Below, piece by piece: positions 1-11,811 of a DNA stretch of 32,008 bases. The translations under genes and the position numbers were made by a program. The stretch lies in assembly GCF_001194135.2 (NCBI RefSeq), contig NC_069001.1, forward strand, positions 16,087,866 to 16,119,873, in the 5' to 3' direction. The notes beneath the pieces are model-generated. The model saw only the letters and a list, made by a program, of their open reading frames with translations, searched no databases and was not told the origin of the DNA. How positions within the stretch are numbered: position 1 is the first letter of the stretch; each line of letters begins with the position of its first letter. Origin of the DNA: Octopus bimaculoides. Lineage: Eukaryota.

Positions 1-91
1 TCATGATATAAATTTACATATATTAGCCAGAAAAATCTGCAATGTACTGAGGACACAATAGGTGATCTGTGATATGGCAAGTGATTACTGT

Positions 92-100
<9 letters not shown>

Positions 101-134
<34 letters not shown>
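101..134. repeat. (TA)n microsatellite
   Basis: Read directly. Other (TA)n tracts lie at 3264-3292, 3626-3658, 21967-21992, 23125-23170 and 31976-32008. Confidence 0.97.
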
Positions 135-136
<2 letters not shown>

Positions 137-887
137 AAAGATCCAGGGGAATAATTACAAGGTAGCTAAATGTTGCTTAAGTATCCTAGGAAACAATGGT
201 CACACTTGTGTGTGATTTGATTCCGGGATGAGTAAGTCGTATTTAGGAGAAAATAAGGAAAATTGTAAAAGGAGACAAATGCTCAGGATACTTTGATAGG
301 TTTTGTCCAGTACTGGCCCAGGCCTTGTCTAACTGAATAGCACCACCTGGCAAACATTTATATCTTCATATCTTCAAGATATAAATGTTTTAATAACATC
401 CTGAGCATTTGCCTCCTTTTTTAATTTTTCCTATATATACATCCATATATATATATATATATACATACATATGTAATAACTTTTCTAAGGAATAGTTTGA
501 CAGTTTCTAAAAATATAAATGTTACTCTACTAAAAACTATTGAGTCATTCTACACTTTAATGTCTGGTTATTTTTATATAAAGCTTTAAATAAAAAAAAA
601 AACTGATGAACATCTAAAAATATCTGGATGAGGTTGACCCAAACCTCACAAGTTGAATGGTAAACTATGTGAAAGCTTATTAGGTGGATTATGCCTGTAA
701 GTCAAATATCTGGCCTTTTCCCATTTTGTGTTATGCTAATTTGGTTTAAGAATCACGTCTATGGAATACTCAACATTTACCTGTTAATTCAATGAAAAGG
801 TAGTTCAGTTCATCAAAGAACTGAATATTTATTTTCAAAAGTGACAAAGGAACCATCAAGGCAATGTGTGCGTATGTGTGTGTGCAC

Positions 888-919
<32 letters not shown>

Positions 920-1274
920 GGGAGCTGTTGGTCATATAACTGGAATATTTATACAACAGAACCAATGCAAGATTTCAGCATTACATAAGGAATAAAATTC
1001 CCACTTGCATATGGATATCCTGATCATCTTCATTATTTAATCCTTTGCCTGTCCTGTGCATCATGTGAGATACACGACTTATTTCCTTGGTGTCAATGTG
1101 TCATATACAATACACATTCCCAATATTTTTTCAACCGCCAGAGTAACGTGGGACTTATGAAAGGAAAGCTTTATTTCAACTCAGAATGTTTCAAATAAGG
1201 GCTAACTAAAAATCTAGAAACAAGTATAAATGTTTAGGACTAATTGACAAAAAATAATTTGGACAGGCAAAAGG

Positions 1275-1400
1275 TTAACATCCAGTTGCATGCTGGTATG
1301 GCTTGGGTGGTTTAACAGGGTCTGCTGAACCAACAGATAGCATCCTGTTCCAGTGTCTTCTCTGGTATGGCTTTTATAACTGGTTACTCTTCCTAACCAC
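1275..1400 (-). mobile_element. Old family C SINE
   Basis: ttaacatcc...catgctggtatgg...tggtatggcttttataactgg...cttcctaaccac aligns to the family C copies. Confidence 0.6.
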
Positions 1401-1998
1401 TTTGTTTTTGAGGTTCAGTAATAGTGATGATCATCTCATTACTTGCAAAGCCAAGACCCCAAAACTGGCCCCTATAATTAAGTGGGAACAGAAAAGAGAG
1501 TGATATGATAATTAAGAGGGGCGGTTGGGGGAGTATAACAGGAAGCAAGGGAAAAGGAAGAAATTAGTATTAGGACTGAGAAAAAAGAAGAGAAAGAGTT
1601 AAAAGATTATATATCTGCTTGATATCCTGTTTCCAGATTTCTATACTGTAAAATGCTAGATACATTTATGTATGGCTTTTCTTGCATCCCCTTTTCTTTT
1701 CCTAAACACTTTAAACCATATTTATTCCTGTGAATATAAGGAATCAACAACTTCAACATATGTTGTCTTTTATTCCCTATTAATTTCTAGCTCTGCCAGT
1801 AGGTTCCAGTTATATCAACCACAAGATGTCTTTGATGCTTGGCTGTTAATGTTGGCCCTTGTCACAGACCCTTGACCATAAATATTTTCTTTGCTACTTT
1901 ATCTGCTTTTTACTAGTTCTCAAAAGATGCACCCTAATGCATTGGTGTACTACAAGAGGTGTCTAAGTGCATAGCAGGTTTTTAAAAATATAATTCAA

Positions 1999-2214
1999 CT
2001 CTTTTGCTGCCATATTTCTATTGAATTACACCACTTTTGTTTCAAATGATTTTAGAAATAATGAATTTAGTAAAATAACTGCCATTCTTAAAGCTAGTGT
2101 TTGGAACATAACTTAAAATGAAATTTTGATGGTCATAATTTAAATCACATTAAATTAGAAGTTTTGCATCATCAGACCAGGAGAGGTTTCAGGCAGAAGT
2201 TGGTATCAAAAAGG
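1999..2214 (-). mobile_element. TTAA-type MITE (family F)
   Basis: Shares gaatttagtaaaataac and gttggtatcaaaaaggtta with 25072-25511, and matches 20065-20470 in inverted orientation. Confidence 0.7.
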
Positions 2215-2243
2215 TTACAGTTTTAATATTTATACTAGAACAA

Positions 2244-2455
2244 GGTGGCGAGCTGGCAGAATATATAGCATGCTGAGCAAAATCCTTAGCAGCATTTCAC
2301 CTGACTACACTCTGAGTTCAAATTCCACTCAGGTTGACTTTGCCTTTCATCCATAAGTTAATAAAATAAGTACCAGTTGAGCACTGGAATCGAGGTAATC
2401 GACTTACCCACTCCCTCAAAATTGCTGGATTTGTGCTAAAATTTGAAACCAATAT
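2244..2455 (+). mobile_element. Family A SINE (tail type 1)
   Basis: Head ggtggcgagctggcagaat, shared core, tail ttgtgctaaaatttgaaaccaatatt; 12-bp direct repeat aatatttatact at 2225-2236 and 2451-2462. Confidence 0.85.
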
Positions 2456-3027
2456 TTATACTGAAACATCTTGAAAAATGTGATCCATAATTTTGTTACA
2501 CAACATAAAGAATAGTTTTCTATATTTTTCTTCTAATTTTATTTTTAAACTTTAAAAGTTTTTATTTTTAGAGTTCAAAGCTAGAGATGTAATTAATTTT
2601 TTTTATTTGACCTCCACAAAGTCAGACTGAGAAACTCTGATTAGATGTTTAAAATAAATTTTATGGTATTTAAGTTGAAATAAATGGGTTGAATTGAAAT
2701 TGTGATCTCTCAGTCATCCATGAGAGATTATTTATCTAAATCAAGAATTGGTGCAACAAACAAGTTTACTATCACTCTTGAACCAGATCAGTACAATTTG
2801 GAATCAATTACTAAAGCAGAATTGTTTACCTAAAGTCAACTCACTAACTTCAAAATAGACTCAATGAATAGTGGAAGAACTTAAACCTTAAAATACATGG
2901 AATATTCAGAAAATGGTGCACTTTCTAAATAGTAAAAACATGGTGCATCTTTCTAAATTGCAGAAAAGCCCTCTTAAGTAAGTAGGGGGTATAGTAGAAA
3001 GAGAGGTGGATTATGCCAGGTTATATA

Positions 3028-3260
3028 TGAGAGGGTGCTGAAATGTTCTTGGCTTTAAGGGTGTCACAAAGGAGCCCAACATTCCATGTTCTTTTACAGG
3101 GTGTCACTGGAGCCCAACATTCCATGTTCTTTTACAGGGCTTAGAAAAACTGAAGGACCACTGCAATAAGTGAGTCTGAGAGGGGAATATGTTGAATAAA
3201 ATCATAACTGATCCTTGGGTATTTTCTTTTACCCAAAACAAGGAAATTTTTCCAGCGTTC

Positions 3261-3263
<3 letters not shown>
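3028..3263 (+). mobile_element. Mariner-derived MITE (family G), TA-flanked, with an internal ~38-bp tandem duplication
   Basis: Ends gagggtgctgaaatgttc / gaaatttttccagcgttccc, TA on both sides, and an inverted homologue at 20105-20321. It retains LQGLEKLKDHCNK-like transposase C-terminal codons. A 31-bp exact repeat lies at 3071-3101 and 3109-3139. Confidence 0.75.
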
Positions 3264-3299
<36 letters not shown>

Positions 3300-3622
3300 C
3301 TGTCTACTCCTGATGAGTGCAGGGTTACATAATCGGACTGTTATCTAACACTCTGTTGAACCCCCTAATGCAAAACTAATTGGGAAGATTGATCATAATG
3401 GAAGTATAATACTGTAGTACACTTTGATTAATATATATCTATGAGACAAAAAAGGATGAAGGAACAAGCTATTATGCATTGAAGTTCATTACATAGTTTC
3501 TTGTTCCCTTGTCATTTATCTCTTATTATGCTCTGTACTTGACTAATGCTTATTTTTTCTGAAGCATATGTGTATTGAGTTCTAACACTAGGTTATTAAT
3601 ATCACTATGCCTAAGCAATAAA

Positions 3623-3660
<38 letters not shown>

Positions 3661-4290
3661 TGCCCACACATTGGCAAGCTAATTGCCAATAAACTAGCAC
3701 ATCAAACAAAATAGCTCATGGTATTTATTCCACCTGAGCTGCACAGCAGGTGTTCCTTTATTAGTCTCAGCATCAGAAATTTCATGAGTGAATGATTAGC
3801 CCATTAGAAACTAACAACCAATATCACTGCAGTCCCCAAAATGTATGATACCTAACGAATATATATCTACAAAAATATCTATTTACAGCAACACTAATTA
3901 TACAAATACATTATTCCAGAAGACCATAATGAAGGGGGTGAGAAATAGTTCTTCATTTGACTTGGTTATCTCAATTACTAAACTTTCCTAATTAAACTTG
4001 ATAATGTATACAGAATTGTATCTTATCCTTTGGTATAATAGGTTTTAAAAAGGTTAAGAATTTCAAATGCAATGAGAGAATCCTGTGCTGTTTGTAAATA
4101 TCAATGACCTTAGAGTTGCTTCTTTCCTATATCTGTAGTTGATGGGGGTACTATTGGTAGTGGTAGGTATTTGTCTTGCAGTAGCTTTTAGTGTTTTTAT
4201 TCTATTTCACAGTTCAGTATAAGCTTATAGAAAACAAGTATTACTCAATATTCTATGCTCTCTTTTAAGATTATTAATTATTATTATTAA

Positions 4291-4500
4291 GGTGGTCAGC
4301 TGGCAGAATCATTAGCACATCTGGCAAAATGCTTAGTGGCATTTTGTCTATCTTTATGTTCTGAGTTCTAATTCCACCAAGGTCAGCTTTGCCTTTCATC
4401 CTTTCAAGGTCAATAAAATAGGTACCAGTTGAACATTGGGGATTAATGTAATCAGCTATCCCTTCCCCAAATCGCTGGCCTTGCGCCAAAATTAGTAAAA
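4291..4500 (+). mobile_element. Family A SINE (tail type 1)
   Basis: Head, core and tail match the other family A copies; flanked by (ATT)n. Confidence 0.85.
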
Positions 4501-4540
4501 ATTATTATTATTATTATTACTATCATATTATTATTATTAA

Positions 4541-4740
4541 GGCAGTGAGCTGGCAGAATCATCAGCATGCCTGGCAAAATGCTTAGCAGCATTTCATCTA
4601 TGTGAGTTCTAATTCTGCTGAGGTCAACTTTCATCCTTCCAGGGTCGATAAAATAAGTACCAGTTGAACACTGAAGTCAATGTAATTGATTTATCCCCTC
4701 CACCAAGATTGCTGGCCTTGTGCCAACATTTGAAGCCATT
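4541..4740 (+). mobile_element. Family A SINE (tail type 1)
   Basis: Second copy in tandem; (ATT)n on both sides. Confidence 0.85.
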
Positions 4741-4755
4741 ATTATTATTATTATT

Positions 4756-5297
4756 AAGTGAGAGAGCAAAGTGACATTGGGGTACAAATATACGAAGCCC
4801 AGTATACCCATCATGACTACCCATCTGATTAAGATACACCAGGCACATGCATCACAACCATATGTGCACGACATGGTGATCTCATATCAAGATAAATAGC
4901 ACATGACCTTGCAGGTGGGGCCCAGTTAGAATTTTCTTCAGGTAGAGTAGCCCATCCCATTGAAATGGCCCCTGAATAAGAGTTGTTTAAAGATGTTGAA
5001 CGAAACACCCATGTTTCCAGAGGTGAATTATTCAAACCTCAAAGAATTCCTCTCAATATATGGCTATGATGCTCTCCTACTACTTCTGCTCATGATCAGA
5101 GATGTACATATCGTCAGCCACCAAGGGACATGCTTAACTGGATAAGATCAAACAACTAACAAGCAAATTTGTGATATTGAGCAGAATATTTGCTGTAGCC
5201 CATCTTTTATACTAACACAAAACAAAGTACATGATAACACATCCAATCAGTTAAGATCAGAAGACATGAGAGCCACTGCCTGTTACTGCATCAGGGT
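4756..5297 (-). mobile_element. Unassigned ~540-bp element bounded by (ATT)n on both sides; probably a retroposon 3' end or derived SINE
   Basis: A sharply bounded, GC-richer block between two ATT tracts. The minus strand ends ...ctctctcacttAATAATAAT, which looks like a retroposon tail. No recognisable protein is encoded. Strand and class are inferred. Confidence 0.5.
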
Positions 5298-5327
5298 ATT
5301 TATTATTATTATTATTATTATTATTGG

Positions 5328-5520
5328 AGGGCAGCAAGCTGGCAGAATTGTCACTTCACTGGACAAAAATGCTTGGAGATATTAGTTCCAGTCCTTTACA
5401 TTCTGATTTCAAATGATGTCAAAATTAACTTTGACTTTCATCATTTTGGGGTTGACAAAAAAAAAAAAAAATGACCAGTGTGTACTGGGGTCGATGCTGA
5501 CCTTGTGCCAAAATTAGAAT
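5328..5520 (+). mobile_element. Degenerate family A SINE
   Basis: gcagcaagctggcagaattg head, tttcatcattttggggttgac core, ccttgtgccaaaattag tail; part of the tail region is deleted. Confidence 0.75.
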
Positions 5521-5525
5521 TTTAA

Positions 5526-5741
5526 AGGCAATGAGCCAGCAGAGTTGTTAGTATGCCAGACAAAATGCTTAGCAGAATTTCATCCATCTTTACATTCAAA
5601 TTCAGCTGAAGTTGACATCACCTTTCATCCTTTTGGATTCAATAAAATAAGTACCAGTTGAACATTGGGAGTCAATGTAATCAACTAACCCTCTCCTCCA
5701 AAATTTCAGCCCTTGTGCTTATAGTAGAAGGAATTATTATT
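5526..5741 (+). mobile_element. Family A SINE
   Basis: Head ggcaatgagccagcagag, core cctttcatccttttggattcaataaaataagtaccagttg, ATT tail. Confidence 0.8.
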
Positions 5742-6260
5742 TCAAATTCAATTATATGTTTATATTTGCTCCCATCTAGAGACATGGAATTTATAAGGAG
5801 TACACTGGAATATAATTTATTTTCTCTTAAGAAGCAGAATTATTTGATGTGTGAAAAAAAGGTAAAATTAAAAAAAAAACATGACACACACACACACATA
5901 TATGAATATGTAAAACTATCCACATACACACACAGAACAAACACAAATTCACAAAAGCACATAAATACACACATAGACACCCACAGAGATGCACAGACAC
6001 ACTTGCACACAGCTGTTTCAACTAGAATCAAGTAGGCAGACATAAACTTGTATCTTTTTTTCTCCACCCTCTCCATCTACCCATAATCCTCCTCCTCCTC
6101 CTTACTGTGGGTATTTATTTAGAGACACCACTACCACCGCCAGCAGAATCAAAACCACCCAGAAACCTTATCTCTTTCTCCAGTAACTTATTCTTCAGTT
6201 TTTCACTGTTATCTTACCACCTTACTTTGCTGTTTCACCTGGCTTCTCTTTCTCGGCTCA

Positions 6261-6405
6261 ATCATCATCATCATTTAACATTCATTCTCCATACTGGCAT
6301 GGATTGGCTGGTTTGACAGGAGCTGGCCAGCCAGAGAGTTGCCCAGGTTCCAGTTGTCTGTTTTGGCATGGTTTCTATGGCTTGATGCCCTTCTTAACAT
6401 GCACA
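6261..6405 (-). mobile_element. Old family C SINE
   Basis: atcatcatcatcatttaacatt...tttggcatggtttctatggcttgatgcccttc. Confidence 0.75.
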
Positions 6406-6819
6406 CCCACAGACCTCCTAGACTGCACCCCGAGAAAGGTTACTCAACTAATAATCAACATGAAGTCCCACACTAAACACACCAGTGTTCTGGCTTACAA
6501 ATGAGCTGTGTCCTCTCTCTGTCTCTTTTTACTGCAACTATAATGGCCTTTGTTCCCCAAGGTTTGTTGGTCTCATGATATCTCCATTTAGGCACTCCTA
6601 GCTGACTTACCCTTCTATGCCCCAGGCCTTGCACTAATCACTATTTCTAGTTCTTTCTTCCCTCGGGATTTCCCTCCCAGTACTTGTCTTTCTTGCAATC
6701 ACTGACCAGCACAAGTTTAAGTAGAATGTCCATCCACTAAGCATTTTGTCTAATGCTTTGAAGATTCTGCCACCTTACCATCCCGATAATAGTATTAATA
6801 ATAATAATAACAACAACAA

Positions 6820-7026
6820 TGATTTCAAATTTTGGCACAAGGCCAGCAATTTCAAAGGAGGTTGATTACATTGACCCCAGTGCTCAACTGGTACTAATTT
6901 TATCAACACCAAAAGGATGAAAAGCAAAGATGACCCTGGTGGAATTTGACCTCAGAATGTAAAGTTGGAAAAAAGCCACTAAGCATTTTCTCCAGTGCAG
7001 TAACAATTTTGCCAGCTTGCTGCCTT
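6820..7026 (-). mobile_element. Family A SINE (tail type 1)
   Basis: Reverse complement of the family A head, core and tail, with (AAT)n on both sides. Confidence 0.85.
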
Positions 7027-7794
7027 AATAATAATAATAATAATACTAATAATATCTGTTTCAATACAAACAACAAGCTGACACCAATCTGCTGATACTG
7101 CCCAGTTTAGTTTCTAGAAAGCATCCACTTCCAGAACCTTCTCTCCCACCTTCGACAATGCAAACTTTAATTTTCTTTTTTTGTTTTGTTTTGTTCATAT
7201 ATTTTTAGCAAGTTGCCAAACTATATTCCAGAAAACTCTTGCTAGGTTGCTGCCATTTCATTCTATGAAATTGGAAGGTTCTGAAACTTGAAACTTTAAA
7301 AAAAAAACAACAAAACAACCACCACACTTACTATTAAATGTTAACAACCTGTGTTACTGGAAATACCTTGTTCTGTGTCAGGAATGCAACAAGAATGATA
7401 TGCAACAATTGTGAGTACGTCTGTGTTTGCTTGTGTGTGTGTGTGCATATGTACAGAGGGGGAAAAACAAAAAAACAAAAAATCATATGTTGAGGTTTGG
7501 CAAGTTTCCAATTGTACTCTCAATATTCACAAATTATGTTTGCTCAACTTCCTACCCCCCCCCCCTCTCTTTCTGTCTAACTTTCCCCTCCCAACCCTAT
7601 CCTGTGTTGCTACGCAAGTTTGTTGTGGTTGTCATTTAACCCCAGATCAGACCCCAATCAAGCAGACCTATGATCAAACAGTATCCCAGTCATGACCACC
7701 CTGTCTTTTATTGTCTTTTGGTTACAGTCTACAGACAACTGTATTTCCCAACACATTTTTCTCTACCAGGTTTTTAAAGACAGTAAGAATGGCT

Positions 7795-7935
7795 TAAGTG
7801 TGTAACCTAGTGGTTATAGTGTGGGGTGCATGACCATAAAATCATAAGTTCAATTCCTGGGCCAGACAGTATGTTGTGTCCTTGAGCAAGACACTTCATT
7901 TCACACTGGTCCAGTTTACTCAGCTGAAAATGAGC
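7795..7935 (+). mobile_element. Family B SINE 5' part
   Basis: ctagtggtta...aagttcaattcc...tgtgtccttgagcaagacacttcatttcac. Confidence 0.75.
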
Positions 7936-8621
7936 AGCAGTCTAGTGCAGCTCTCTTTCCTTCCAGCTGTCACATCCTTGATAATCCATTAGGTGAAGGG
8001 CTAAGGGCTGAAAAGATGTATATATCTGCTCATAACTTCACAGATACCTAATACAATTAGAAAAACCATGGTGCATGCTTCCAAGTCATTATTGCTAGCA
8101 AGAGAACAGCTACAATATTTAAACAATATTTAAGAGAGATGTAATTTGAGGGAGATTTGGTTGCTATTTCTATCAGTTACAATGATCACAATAAGAATCA
8201 TTTGCTTGTTGGCTCATCACCAATTACCATATTTTCCAGTATATAACAAGTTGAATTTTTCAGACCCAAATTTACAGCCAAAAATGATAGGTTAACTTAT
8301 ACACGAAGACAACTTTGGGGGATAGCTCCTAATGAAATGAAGCAGGATTTGAAAAGATAGTGACAATGTTTGAATGCTTACACTATATAATACATTTACT
8401 TGTACGTCTGAAAATATGATAGTTTGCAATAGATATGGTTGTTGATAATGCTGATGCCCCTCTCCCCAGATTAACACACTGCCCCTCCACTAACATTTTG
8501 GTGGATCCAAAAACCAAATTGTTCCATCTGACATCATCTGGTCTTTTGTTTAATAAGCAGTGAATTGCATTAACCATCATATTCTTCCATTTGTTTTTCT
8601 TTTAAAGACAAGAATTTTTGA

Positions 8622-8850
8622 AGACAGAATTGCCAGAATCATTAGAGTATTAGACAAAATCCCTGTGGGTATTTATCCTGTCTTTTTTTGCTTTCTGAGT
8701 TCAAATCTTGCGAAAGCTAATTTGGAATTTGATTTTTCGAGGGAGTCAATAAAATACAATTCCAATACAAGACAATATATTGGTAGAATTGATGGAATCT
8801 TGGACAAAATGTTTTGGGGTATTTATTCTAGTTCTTTATGTTCTGACTTC
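8622..8850 (+). mobile_element. Two degenerate family A SINE 5' fragments
   Basis: gccagaatcattag...gacaaaat...ttctgagttcaaat, then ggtagaattg...ggacaaaatg...atgttctgacttctaaat. Confidence 0.5.
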
Positions 8851-9189
8851 TAAATTGTCTGGCAATTAGGAGAGGTGGCCATGGCCTGAACGTTTTGAAT
8901 GAAAGGATGGTGGGGAAAGATACGTTAGAGGAATTAAACATTATTCCATTGCTCCAGTCACACAGAAAAATTATCTCATGAGAATATTTCACATTTTGTT
9001 TTTTGTTTTTGAAGAGTTTGTTAGCCACTTGCTTAATTCTTCTCCATTTATGAACAAAGGGATGCAGCAAGTGGTCTTGTGTTCTTTCATGACCCTTCTT
9101 CAAAGCACAATGTAGTCAGTTGTGCATGTGTGAGAGAGATAGAGAGAAAGAGATGAGTGAAAGCCACTATTTCACTGCTGTTATTTTAT

Positions 9190-9320
9190 TTATTGACTCT
9201 GAAAATGAAATTAAAGGCAATACTGGTCTCAGTTGGATTTGAACTCAGAATGTAAAAAACCAGAACAATTACCTACTACAAGACATTTGTCTGATTCTCT
9301 AATGACTCTTCCAGTTCACT
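9190..9320 (-). mobile_element. Degenerate family A SINE fragment
   Basis: Contains ggatttgaactcagaatgtaaa (reverse-complement B-box region) and tttattgactctgaaa. Confidence 0.5.
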
Positions 9321-10303
9321 GCTTTTGTCTAAGAATATTTTATATAAAATACATGGTTCACTTTTATGAAGTTGTTATACTGGACGACAGTGTAACAATT
9401 TTGGTGGAACCATAGATTTAAAAACAACCAATAACATACTTAGTAGTAGCCACTGTTTATTATCTACCTTACTGTCTATGTTCTATATTGTATGAGACTG
9501 AATAAATATAACCCAAGCATTTCTGATTCCATCACCTTTCTTTTAAGTAATAATGGCAAATTCATAGCTGAATCAATTTCTAGAGAAATTCTTTCATGCT
9601 AGTGATGTTCTGCTGGGTCAGGATGAACCCAGCATCTATTGTGGAGAAGTGATATTCTATCTCTAAGCCAGATACCATCTCTGACCAACATCCAAAAGCT
9701 GACACAACAACATTATATTAAGTCTATTTGTAGTAAAGCATGAATTAACTTACCAAGATTTTCTATGTAAAATGATATTAAGACATTCATAAGCACCGAC
9801 CTTAGGCAGAAGAAAGAAAGAGAACCACAGTTTGGAGTGAGAAAACGATAAACAATGTTTGTGAGTTGACTGAGTGGCTATAAACAGAAGTTTGAAATGA
9901 AGATGTACAGGAGTTTCTATGGCAGGATAAGATAGAAGATAGAACGATATGAATAAACACTAAAAACACCTTGTATTTGTACAAGAAGGAATGTTTGACA
10001 GTTATTAACATAACAAAAATTACAAGAAGGTGGTCTGACAAAGTGTAAACACCTGTGCTGCTACTTGAGATGGATCTCAACTATGAAGATACCATTATCA
10101 CTTAAAAGAAAGGTAATGGAATCATAAATATTAATTCTACATTTAGGTCTGTTTTATATAATGTACAGCATATACAATAAAGTAGATAATAAATTGAGAT
10201 TGACTAAGATTATTGAATGTTTGGTAGATTTTTGATTTCATCATAAATGCCACACTTTGGTTCAACATTGCTTAGCGGAACTACATTGTCTTCGAACTAC
10301 AAA

Positions 10304-10535
10304 GGCGGCGAGCTAGCAGAATCGTTAGCACCCCGGGCGAAATGCTTAGTGGTATTTCGTCTGCCATTACGTTCTGAGTTCAAGTTCCGCCGAGGTCAAC
10401 TTTGCCTTTCATCCTTTCGGGGGGTCAATAAATTAAGTACCAGTTACGCACTGGGTCGATGTAATCGACTTAATCCATTCGTCTGTCCTTATTTGTTCCC
10501 TCTATGTTTAGCCCCTTGTGGGCAATAAAGAAATA
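10304..10535 (+). mobile_element. Young full-length tRNA-headed SINE (family A, tail type 2)
   Basis: Pol III A-box TAGCAGAATCG (10314-10324), B-box GAGTTCAAGTTCC (10376-10388), central GCCTTTCATCCTTTCGGGGGTCAATAAATTAAGTACCAG domain (MetaSINE-like from memory), many intact CpGs, and a 14-bp TSD ggaactacattgtc at 10277-10290 and 10536-10549. Confidence 0.92.
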
Positions 10536-10574
10536 GGAACTACATTGTCGTCATTGTCATTGTCATTATCATAT

Positions 10575-10790
10575 TTATTTAACAACCATATTCCATGCTG
10601 GCATGGGTTGGATGGTTTGACAGGAGCTGACAAGCCAGAGGACTGTGCCAAGCTCCAGTGTTTGCTTTGGCATGGTTTCTAAGGCTGATGCTCTTCCTTA
10701 TGTTATACCATTTTACAGAGTGCACTGGATGCTTTTTTCATTGCACTGGCACTAGGGAGGTCACCAAGCAACTCACAAAACAAGACTTAT
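10575..10790 (-). mobile_element. Old family C SINE
   Basis: ttccatgctggcatgggttggatggtttgacaggagctg...tttggcatggtttcta. Confidence 0.75.
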
Positions 10791-11811
10791 TGAGAGAATG
10801 GGATGCAGTTTGAGAGAGGTGGCTTTATACCAGGTATTGAGAGATTAAAGTATGATAGAGAGACAGGAACAGGTGTCTTGCAGTGGAGGAGATACATGAT
10901 TATTCCAGTTGGAAAAGGAGAGAAGGTGATGGAGAGGTGTCCGGATATATCTTCAAGTTACAGGAAAGTGAGTATTAAAAGTATTTTATATGGAATGTAT
11001 TTAGATAAAAATTGCAAATCAGAGCTTCAGTCAATGCTTTGTGGCAATTGTTTTGACTGTATATTGTCAGTTTAAATCCTGATATGGCCAACTCTTCTTT
11101 CATCCTTCTTGCATTGATAAATAAAATAGCAATGAAGTAATGGTTTCTTTTCTATTTCTTCCCCTTGCCCCTTTCTTTCGCTCTCTCTTTCTCATTGAAC
11201 CAAAATCAGTTCCTAGATTTACGTGTGGCATCTCAAAGATCCTTCTTCTCAACAGAGAGAGTGAGAGAGGGAGAAAAACAGAATAACAAACAACATAGTT
11301 TCACTAGACAATAAGTAACAAATACTATAATATCTAACCAACAATACAGTGGCTTTCACTACATACTGAGTAATAATAATAGCATAATAGTTATGATGAG
11401 AACAAGTCATTAGATCTAGTTTCCTTTCGTCATATTTCCCCAAAAATAGAGAACAGATAGAAAGCTTCCAACGCAACATCTATTTAGCTCAATATTTTCT
11501 CCTAGTTTTCATTTCTCTTTGCGAAACAACCAACAGCAACAACAACAAAAACTACCTGACTAGCATGAACAACTCTGACAAGCAAAATGCAAAAAGTGAG
11601 AACTTTTGTAACAGGTACCAGGTGACAAAGCAGTAACTATTTCTCTCATAGCTGAGCAAACAATTATGGAGCTGGAGATTGGGGATGAGAGAGAAATTGG
11701 GCGTGAATACATATATGCAGGTATGATAAGAATCATTGCGTAAATTTAGAAATAGAATTAGTAACACATTTTAGCAAAGTATTATTGCTGTTCTTATTGG
11801 TGTTGTTATTT

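Noticed and set aside
6605-6700. Strong minus-strand donor AAGG|GTAAGT with a possible upstream exon
   Set aside because: All frames from the nearest acceptor contain stops, and there is no DLSxK.xHWH motif expected for the next LIM exon.
7326-7420. Minus-strand GTAAGT donor with a Cys-containing frame
   Set aside because: All three frames close before the donor, and the Cys spacing is not LIM-like.
8383-8580. 65-aa minus-strand ORF, with an overlapping ~45-codon plus-strand frame containing THCPSTNILVDPKT (faintly kinase-like)
   Set aside because: No HRD or DFG motif, no convincing splice-site pair, and no recognisable family.
10803-11075. 90-aa plus-strand ORF
   Set aside because: It lies in or next to old SINE-derived sequence and has no recognisable domain.
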